This document shows, in pieces, positions 42,017 through 48,493 of a DNA stretch of 48,493 nt. Each line of letters begins with the position of its first letter. Within the stretch, counting starts at the first letter, position 1. The notes under the pieces were generated by a model that was not told the origin of the DNA, did not search any database, and worked only from the letters and a program-made list of their open reading frames with translations. The position numbers and the translations under genes were made by a program. Source of the stretch: Klebsiella phage vB_Kp3. The stretch lies in the sequence record KT367887.1, one strand, 5' to 3'.

Positions 42017-42712
42017 TTAAAAATCTTCTTCGACGTCTGATTGCTGCGGCGGTACATCTTGCGGCTGAACGTCATCAGGTGCAACCTGGACGGTAGCCTT
42101 ACCGCGTTTAGCATTGGCTGGCTTGCCGGGGTTGAACGGTCTGGCCTCCGCGTTTTTCAGCTCGACGATCTTGCTGGCGCGGGCATCTTCGACGATGCGC
42201 AGTGATGCCTTGTCGCTGCGGAACAGCTCGCACGCGGCGCGGTAGATTGCATCCACCTCATCCTTGTCCTTCGCGGCTTCAATGGAGCGGCGGCAGTCGG
42301 CTGCGCTACGCACTGATTTGTTGCCGTCGTCGTCGTCCATGGTGAGGCCGAAGATCGAAACGCGGGCATAGCGGCGGGCGTAGGTCAGCGTTGAGCCGAA
42401 GCCTTGGGCGTCGTTCTTCGCCAGCGGGATCTGGCAGATATCGGACAGCCATTCGCCTGTGGCAACGTGGATGATGCGCGTCTCCATCAGCATCACGTTC
42501 GGAGCCTGTCCGGCCTCGTGCGTCGGAGACTGGATCATGATCAAACCGGCATCTTCCATTGCCGGGCCGATGGCGGCCGCAACGTCTCCGAGGGTCGCAT
42601 AGTGGTTTTTCAGGTGCTGGTTCTGCTTGGACTTCTTCGGCGATACGCACATATCCTGCGCGTGGGCAAACTGCTTAACGATGGTGCTGCATGGCTGAGA
42701 GAATTTCATCAT
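42017..42712 (-). CDS. ERF-family single-strand annealing protein
   Basis: GFGSTLTYARRYA motif typical of ERF. Confidence 0.75.
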   Translation of the reverse strand: MMKFSQPCSTIVKQFAHAQDMCVSPKKSKQNQHLKNHYATLGDVAAAIGPAMEDAGLIMIQSPTHEAGQAPNVMLMETRIIHVATGEWLSDICQIPLAKNDAQGFGSTLTYARRYARVSIFGLTMDDDDGNKSVRSAADCRRSIEAAKDKDEVDAIYRAACELFRSDKASLRIVEDARASKIVELKNAEARPFNPGKPANAKRGKATVQVAPDDVQPQDVPPQQSDVEEDF

Positions 42713-42767
42713 TTGGTCACTCCTTATATTGAGGGGGTAATATGTCAGTATATTACCCCGGAATCAA

Positions 42768-43811
42768 TTATTTTTTGGTTTTCACATCTTCCCACAAGTG
42801 GCGGAAGGCGCTTTCCAGGTAGTACGGAGGATCGAGGTCAATCACGCTTCCGCCGCCGTAGGTCGGCCACGTGTCATTGTCCCGGCACCATTTAAATGTG
42901 GCGATGGCTTCACGCAGCTGCGCATATCCAATCATCAGGGTTTTGTTTGACAAGGCGAAAGGAGCGACGACGAACGGGCTGCTCTTCTCCTGCGCCAGCA
43001 ACATCGTCCTTCTCGGTTTCTGGCCGAAAGCCGCCTTAAACCCCTCGCGCTGCAACGCCATTTTCAGCGGATACCCGAGATCGAAGCACTTACGCATGAA
43101 TCTTTCAGGGTTGGCCGTGTCCGTGGTCTTATAGTCCACCATGTCGGCGAACTTGCTGATCCAGTCGAGGCGCACCTTGCAGCGCAAACCCTGATAGCTG
43201 AAAAAGATCGAGACTTCCGACATTCCGTCGACGAAATATTCCTTAAATGATTCGTTATTAAACAGAACGGCGCGCATCTCCTGAATGATGTCATAATCCT
43301 GTCCGCGAATGCCTTCACGTTCACCGCGCTCTTCATTGGCCTTTTTCACGATGTCGTGCCAGAAAACAACGTCAGTTATCCCAAGAGCTGCGGCGGTGTT
43401 GGTGACTGTCTCAATTAATTCCGGCTCTTTCATTTTCGAATAACCGGCAACCCCGTGTTCTTTCAGAAATGCCTTCGCGGCCTCAAGCGAGGTAATAAAG
43501 TTCGGCTGCGGAATAATATCGCCGTTATCGTCACGCTTAATAAAGTCCTCTTTCTCAGGCATGCGGAAATATTCACGGGCAAATAATTCCGGTTCGAGGT
43601 GGTTAGCGTGGGCAGCAGTTCCGAATACCAGTGCGCGGGATTGCTTTTTCTTTTCCTCTGCGAACTTCCAGTTAGCCGGGCATGTTGAGAACAGCTCCCA
43701 CAAGCCGGAGCCGTTCATGTGGTCTGTCTCAGCGTGATAGTCTTCGTTCGACAGATCGTTATTAGTAAAGAACAGCACTTCATCATCTTTTAGCGATTTA
43801 ATATCTGACAT
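42768..43811 (-). CDS. PD-(D/E)XK (RecB/YqaJ-like) exonuclease, recombination partner of ERF
   Basis: D...DMVDYKT motif; position next to annealase. Confidence 0.55.
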   Translation of the reverse strand: MSDIKSLKDDEVLFFTNNDLSNEDYHAETDHMNGSGLWELFSTCPANWKFAEEKKKQSRALVFGTAAHANHLEPELFAREYFRMPEKEDFIKRDDNGDIIPQPNFITSLEAAKAFLKEHGVAGYSKMKEPELIETVTNTAAALGITDVVFWHDIVKKANEERGEREGIRGQDYDIIQEMRAVLFNNESFKEYFVDGMSEVSIFFSYQGLRCKVRLDWISKFADMVDYKTTDTANPERFMRKCFDLGYPLKMALQREGFKAAFGQKPRRTMLLAQEKSSPFVVAPFALSNKTLMIGYAQLREAIATFKWCRDNDTWPTYGGGSVIDLDPPYYLESAFRHLWEDVKTKK

Positions 43812-44173
43812 TACATGATCCCCTTATTCATATCTAACCGAAGTTTTCGCTCGATATCTTCCTGCCTGACAAAGCGGCGTGAATCGCCCTTGCAATTAAC
43901 TTTCAATAGCCATTTGCTTTTATTCTCAATAGCCGGATACTTCACGGCAGGATCGCGGAATAGAATCTGACCAAGCATCAACTCGGTTCCAGTGGGTACG
44001 CCACAAAATAAAACCTCCCATAGCACGTCCCTGATAAGATTATTTCCCGGCGCTCTATATGTGAGCACCACTTTCTTTAATGATCGCATAAGGCCGTAAG
44101 CCTCTTTGAATGTTTTGCGGTCAGTGTTGCGAATGCCGCCGTGCAATATTCTGTGTAACTCTGCATGTGTCAT
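43811..44173 (-). CDS. Hypothetical protein (120 aa)
   Basis: ORF. Confidence 0.45.
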   Translation of the reverse strand: MTHAELHRILHGGIRNTDRKTFKEAYGLMRSLKKVVLTYRAPGNNLIRDVLWEVLFCGVPTGTELMLGQILFRDPAVKYPAIENKSKWLLKVNCKGDSRRFVRQEDIERKLRLDMNKGIM

Positions 44174-44231
44174 GATGACCTCCTGTGTGGTGTTCGGGCA
44201 TATTACTTCCGCATAATATGCCCTGTCAAGG

Positions 44232-44651
44232 CTATTTAATTGAGATGGTCGATGGCCCGAGGAAGTCGATCACTGCCAGCTTCGCGCAGTGGAAGCCATA
44301 CGCCACCGCGGCGAATCCTCCTTGTGCTGACACAGCTGACAGGCATTCGATCTGCTCCTTGCTGACTGGCGACGACAGCTTTTTAGTCTCTCGCTTCATC
44401 TCGATCACCCCGAACGGCTCCCCGTTGCGGCCACGATGCAGGATCACAATGTCAGCGACACCCTTGCGTAGTCCCTTCGCCTGCTGGCGCATGAAATACT
44501 GCTTCCCGGCCTTCCCGCCGTTCTCGTTCGGCACATGGAACCAGTACACGTCTGGATACCAATGATTAAACCAGGTGGTAAAGTTAACCAGGTGATCATC
44601 CTCAAGCGCTTTCGTCGGTTCATCTGGTGGGTAAAGATATTCTTTAATCAC
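44232..44651 (-). CDS. VRR-NUC domain nuclease
   Basis: GVADIVILH...GVIEMKRE (D...ExK) pattern of VRR-NUC. Confidence 0.65.
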   Translation of the reverse strand: MIKEYLYPPDEPTKALEDDHLVNFTTWFNHWYPDVYWFHVPNENGGKAGKQYFMRQQAKGLRKGVADIVILHRGRNGEPFGVIEMKRETKKLSSPVSKEQIECLSAVSAQGGFAAVAYGFHCAKLAVIDFLGPSTISIK

Positions 44652-46696
44652 AGGTCATCACCTCCTTCGAAAATTTTACGGGCTATGACGTCGCGAGACT
44701 TTCTGCCGCCTATACGTCGGTGCGTCACACGCTTAGGCGCTGCAATCAGGTGAGCGGACGGCAGGATCTTCGTTTTTACACCTTTCCGCATCTTGCCCCG
44801 GGTGTTCGGTGATGCAACGTGCTTATCCAGTGCCGCCTTCCACTGCTGTTTTGCTGGCATGCTGTCACTGTCCGGCCAAAACACCTCATAGGCTACGAAG
44901 TCAGGATCCCCCTCATTACCGAGCACATAGCGGAACACCACGCCGTTTCCGCATTTCGTCGGTTCAACGTTGAAGGATCGCACGTCCACAAAGTCATCCC
45001 GGGTATAGCTCTTTTTCTCAAGGCTCCTGTTGGGGTCGATCAACGTGTTCCCGCAGTGGGCGCACTGCCGGGCGGTGATGTCGTTCTCTGCGCCGCATCC
45101 GCGACTGACAACCACCCCACGATCGTTCTTAAAGTCATCGCATGTGCGCGAGATGAACCAGTAGTGACAGCGGTCGTCCTTGCGGTATGGCGTGCCGTCT
45201 TCCTCGATCCCGTCGTGGTCGTACACATGGCGGCACCGGCGCGCGTGCTTGCCGTTCGTGTGTCCATATGGGCATTCCTTCGTCTGGCCGGTGCTGGTAT
45301 CCGTCTCATAGCGGTACTGCTCAAGGAATGGCGAGAAGTACAGCTCCGCCAGGTCGTCCAGTGCTCCACCGTAGTCGAGAACAAGGTTGTCCTCTTTGAC
45401 CATCCCCAGCTCTTCTATATGGAATTTTTTGAGGATGCGCATCCCGCGACCGATGAGCTGAACCAACAGAGTGAGGCTGCCGATCTTGCGCAGGATAACG
45501 ATCGTGTCCCACGGTGGAACGTTGTATCCGGTAGTGAGGCACCCGATCTGAAAGATAAATTTGCAGCGGTTGTTAAATGCGTCTTCCAGTATCCGATCGC
45601 GCTCCTTCTGTGGCGTGTCGTCGGTGATGATCCCGTAAGTCACGCCGGGCGGTAACGCGCTGGCCGCCTCCTTACAGTGCTTCTTACCGGCGCAGGTAAC
45701 GAGTACGCAGTTACGGTTAGCGGTACGCTTCACGACGTCGAGCATGATGTTTTGCGTGATGGTTCCCTGGGCCAGGATCTGCTTCTCCATCTCGATCAGG
45801 TCGGCATCACTGAATTCGTCGTCACCCTCTTCGCCGCGACTCACGAAAGAATCAAGCTGGTAGGTCAGCTCATCATCGATCGCGCCGTAATGGGTAGGCA
45901 CCACCGCGCCAACTTCAACCAGGTACTCAGTGGAGATGTCACACACCGCACGCCGCCAGAATCCGGGGGTGTTCCTGTCTTCGTTGATGATCGGCTGCGT
46001 GCCTCGGTAGTCGGTGCCGGTATACCCGATAACAACCAGATCCCGACCGTGCATCTCCCGGCAACGGCGCTGCATCTCCCGGATGATAAGCGTGTACCCT
46101 GTGCGGCCAGCAGCGATCATCTGCGCCAACGTGCGTTCTGCGTTGCGCTGCAACCTCTCGTTTTCAGGATTTTGATCCGCAAGCGTGCAGGTCATCTCGC
46201 TTTCAACGATGTCGTCTACGTTGACGTGCTGGCATTCGTCGATCAGCAGGAAGCGCGGCACGAAGTTAGCCAGCTGCTTTTCAAGGGCGTTGACCACCGT
46301 CTTCTCGCTGCCGCAAATGATAGGGAAGGTCGTGGACTTCATGCGCAGGCCAGCGCTGAACACGCTGTTCTCCACCCCGAAGTTCCGTATCTCCATGGCG
46401 TTCTGCTTGATGATCCCGCCCTGACGTGACAACACGAGCGCGGGCTTGTTGAGCTGGGTCAGGCGGCGGGCCACCAGGCTGATCAGCGTGGTCTTCCCTG
46501 CCGACACGGCGGCCTTGACGACGAACGGGCCGATCTCCTTGTAGTTGTTGATGGCCTGCGACGTCGCAAAGTGTGCCGCGAACTGGAACGGGTAGGGGTC
46601 GTATGGCATGCCGCGAAGTCCTCGCAGTAGCTGGCCGCGAACCGCCTCTATGTCCGTCTCCTCAATCATTTGCTTGATGCTTTTCACCTTTTCCAT
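44648..46696 (-). CDS. Superfamily 2 DEAD/DEAH-box DNA helicase with C-terminal Cys-rich (zinc ribbon) region
   Basis: Walker A SAGKTT, DECQH, TGT motifs; multiple CxxC pairs near C-terminus; start taken as MEKVKS (46696). Confidence 0.8.
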   Translation of the reverse strand: MEKVKSIKQMIEETDIEAVRGQLLRGLRGMPYDPYPFQFAAHFATSQAINNYKEIGPFVVKAAVSAGKTTLISLVARRLTQLNKPALVLSRQGGIIKQNAMEIRNFGVENSVFSAGLRMKSTTFPIICGSEKTVVNALEKQLANFVPRFLLIDECQHVNVDDIVESEMTCTLADQNPENERLQRNAERTLAQMIAAGRTGYTLIIREMQRRCREMHGRDLVVIGYTGTDYRGTQPIINEDRNTPGFWRRAVCDISTEYLVEVGAVVPTHYGAIDDELTYQLDSFVSRGEEGDDEFSDADLIEMEKQILAQGTITQNIMLDVVKRTANRNCVLVTCAGKKHCKEAASALPPGVTYGIITDDTPQKERDRILEDAFNNRCKFIFQIGCLTTGYNVPPWDTIVILRKIGSLTLLVQLIGRGMRILKKFHIEELGMVKEDNLVLDYGGALDDLAELYFSPFLEQYRYETDTSTGQTKECPYGHTNGKHARRCRHVYDHDGIEEDGTPYRKDDRCHYWFISRTCDDFKNDRGVVVSRGCGAENDITARQCAHCGNTLIDPNRSLEKKSYTRDDFVDVRSFNVEPTKCGNGVVFRYVLGNEGDPDFVAYEVFWPDSDSMPAKQQWKAALDKHVASPNTRGKMRKGVKTKILPSAHLIAAPKRVTHRRIGGRKSRDVIARKIFEGGDDL

Positions 46697-46768
46697 TGTT
46701 GCCTCGTTGACGTGGTAAACATTGCAATATATTCTGCACAACGAATACCAAAACACAAGGACTTTAAA

Positions 46769-47335
46769 ATGATGAATATTGGCAAACTACCCGAACCAGA
46801 AATTCACGAGGGCGCGATACAGCGGGCTTTTGTGCGTTCTATGGGCAACTCATTCCAGATCATGATCCCGAACTACTACACCCCGGACAACCTGGGCTAT
46901 GAGGCTGATATGTTCTGCATCCGCAAGAGCCGCTACACGGTGGAGGTGGAGGTGAAGATCTCCATCTCTGACATGAAGGCCGACTTCCGCAAGGCCCACA
47001 CGATCTACCCGAAGACGGCGGAGGAGGCTGAGAAATATTGGCGGCGAGTTGACGGCGAGCGCATCCCGTACCCGGTGAAGATGAAGCACGACTGTCTGAA
47101 AGCTGGTGAGCTGATAGCCAATCGCTTCTACTTCCTGGTGCCGTGGACTATCGCCGACAGGGCGCGGGAGATCCTGCCGGACTATGCCGGGCTTTACGTG
47201 TACAACCAGCGAGGACTGGTACACGAGGAAAAGATGGGGCCGATGCTGCACAAGCGTAAGCTCGATCCGAAATATGACCAGGGGATCATGGCAAACCTCA
47301 ACGCCCGCTACCTGAATCTGTGGGGGAGGCCATGA
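46769..47335 (+). CDS. Hypothetical protein (188 aa) with possible PD-(D/E)XK motif (EADMFC...EVEVK)
   Basis: Divergent from helicase gene; ATGA overlap with next gene. Confidence 0.5.
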   Translation: MMNIGKLPEPEIHEGAIQRAFVRSMGNSFQIMIPNYYTPDNLGYEADMFCIRKSRYTVEVEVKISISDMKADFRKAHTIYPKTAEEAEKYWRRVDGERIPYPVKMKHDCLKAGELIANRFYFLVPWTIADRAREILPDYAGLYVYNQRGLVHEEKMGPMLHKRKLDPKYDQGIMANLNARYLNLWGRP

Positions 47336-47826
47336 AGTTCTACCCCATTGAGCAGATAGAACGACTCATGGTCGGGCGCTGGGAAGTGCTGCTATCCCAG
47401 TATTGGGATAAGCGCGCATTCAACGGCAGGCATCAGGCCTGCCCGCTGTGCGGAGGGAACGACCGGTTCCGCTGGGGCGAATCGAAGCAGGACGTCACGA
47501 TGAAGGGTCGCGGTGCTGCAATTTGCAATCAGTGCGGATCACACCTGGGCCTGTGGTGGTTCATGCAAACTACCGGCTACGAATTCCCGGTGGCGCTGCA
47601 TGAGATAGGGGCCAACTTCCTCAAGGTCGAGCCTGACCAGGAAATGACGACCGAGCCGGTGATCGCCCGCGACGCATTCCCGAAGGCTCCGCGCGTCAGG
47701 CTGGAAGAGAAAAACTTATCAGCCTCTCAGAAGTACATCCGCAAGCAGCAGGCCGCGCCTGACTATGATCGCCGGTTCTGGATGGCCTACGACCTGATCG
47801 AGACGATGCGCAAATATCACATGTGA
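47332..47826 (+). CDS. Stand-alone primase-type zinc-ribbon (Prim_Zn_Ribbon-like) protein
   Basis: CPLCGGNDRFRW...CNQCG matches zinc-binding domain of T7 gp4/P4 alpha primases; no TOPRIM domain. Confidence 0.6.
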   Translation: MKFYPIEQIERLMVGRWEVLLSQYWDKRAFNGRHQACPLCGGNDRFRWGESKQDVTMKGRGAAICNQCGSHLGLWWFMQTTGYEFPVALHEIGANFLKVEPDQEMTTEPVIARDAFPKAPRVRLEEKNLSASQKYIRKQQAAPDYDRRFWMAYDLIETMRKYHM

Positions 47827-47833
47827 AATACAG

Positions 47834-47862
47834 TTGACAGGTATATGGTGCCCAAGTAATAT
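47834..47862 (+). promoter_or_regulatory. Consensus sigma70 promoter TTGACA-17-TAATAT
   Basis: Perfect -35 and near-perfect -10, followed by SD AAGGAG and ATG 47893. Confidence 0.6.
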
Positions 47863-47892
47863 GCCCGAACACCCAACAGAAGGAGCAGCAAA

Positions 47893-48285
47893 ATGTCAGA
47901 ACAAACCACCGCGTCACCGAAGACCGCCAGCGCAGTAGCCGAAGAAATCAAAAAAGCTATTGGCCGCCGCCGTATCCCGGTAATTGTCGCAGACCAGCCG
48001 GCCATCGCGTTCATGATCGCCAAAGAGGCCAGCAAAACAGGCTACGGCGAAGATGAGCAGCTGGGAGTGAACGCCGGATTCACCGAGAAGGACGTGGTGA
48101 ACCAGATCGCTAACGCCGCGCTGTTCAGAAAGTCATATAACCGCGTCCAGCACGTCGTCGTCATCAAGTCGAGCAAGGCGGCGGCGGCTGGCAACTTTGA
48201 TGGCCGCTACTTCGTGAAGATCATGTGCAATCGCCTGTATGTCACCATGGGGAGCCTGGCTAACTATCTTGCGGGGGCGGAATAG
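47893..48285 (+). CDS. Hypothetical protein (130 aa)
   Basis: ORF with strong SD and promoter. Confidence 0.55.
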   Translation: MSEQTTASPKTASAVAEEIKKAIGRRRIPVIVADQPAIAFMIAKEASKTGYGEDEQLGVNAGFTEKDVVNQIANAALFRKSYNRVQHVVVIKSSKAAAAGNFDGRYFVKIMCNRLYVTMGSLANYLAGAE

Positions 48286-48491
48286 TGAGCGGGGCAAAGC
48301 CGGGGGTTATCGGCTGTCGGAAGATGATCAAAGGCAGCGAGCGCGGAAAGATGGTCGGCTGTGGGACATACTTCCACGCTGGCGGGCGCAGCGGACGCTG
48401 GCACGTGATCGACAATGTCGTGGTGTGTAAGCGTTGTTTCAAAGAATGGAAAAAGGAGCACAAGAATGAAGAAGGCGATATTCCTGTTTAA
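48285..48491 (+). CDS. Small Cys-rich (zinc-ribbon-like) protein (68 aa)
   Basis: Four Cys in two pairs (GC...GC / CKRC); ATGA-type overlap with upstream gene. Confidence 0.45.
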   Translation: MSGAKPGVIGCRKMIKGSERGKMVGCGTYFHAGGRSGRWHVIDNVVVCKRCFKEWKKEHKNEEGDIPV

Positions 48492-48493
48492 CC

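Noticed and set aside
1-48493. Integrase/attachment site, tRNA, DGR reverse transcriptase, toxin-antitoxin pairs, anti-CRISPR
   Set aside because: No tyrosine/serine recombinase motifs, no cloverleaf-like tRNA candidates, no RT motif (YxDD) ORF, and no recognisable TA pair were found by reading the translations; absence in this window does not exclude them nearby.

Overview
This window looks like most of a lambdoid-type siphovirus genome (temperate phage or prophage), about 55% GC with enterobacterial-style SD sequences and sigma70 promoters. From left to right the modules are as follows. (1) A DNA modification and regulation block: a 5'-partial ORF, a phage-type Dam N6-adenine methyltransferase, and small HTH and hypothetical ORFs. 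(2) A lysis cassette: holin, the Rz/Rz1 spanin pair and a GH24 lysozyme. (3) A leftward early operon (4293-10942) driven by two consensus TTGACA promoters that carry operator-like palindromes. It encodes a RecA-fold replication ATPase and many small unknown genes, including a membrane protein, a lipoprotein and a DUF3850 protein. (4) A rightward morphogenesis block: TerS; an inserted 'moron' (own promoter, a 532-aa coiled-coil protein, two tiny membrane proteins, terminator); then TerL, portal, head morphogenesis protein, scaffold, major capsid, head-tail joining proteins, major tail protein, G/GT chaperones, a 948-aa tape measure, and the lambda-like tip proteins M, L, K, I and J. (5) A side tail fiber with a peptidase-S74 intramolecular chaperone. 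(6) A leftward recombination/replication module: XRE repressor-like protein, SSB, ERF annealase, PD-(D/E)XK exonuclease, VRR-NUC, SF2 helicase. (7) Rightward genes that include a stand-alone primase-type zinc ribbon. No integrase, tRNA, CRISPR array or transposase is visible. Three observations stand out. First, the J-like central fibre is 3358 aa. About 2000 aa are inserted into a lambda-J scaffold, made of roughly 37-aa coiled-coil repeats alternating with six CBM4/9-like beta-sandwich domains, and gpL carries its own insertion. Second, an operon-like moron sits between terS and terL. Third, a perfectly conserved 22-bp element occurs in inverted orientation upstream of terS and inside the L-K gap. 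Each copy lies in a promoter / short leader / terminator arrangement like lambda pR'-tR'. Related CCTGAAA palindromes and a GCTATCATGG motif mark three late-region terminators. All functional calls rest on motifs read from the ORF translations and on gene order; no database search was possible.
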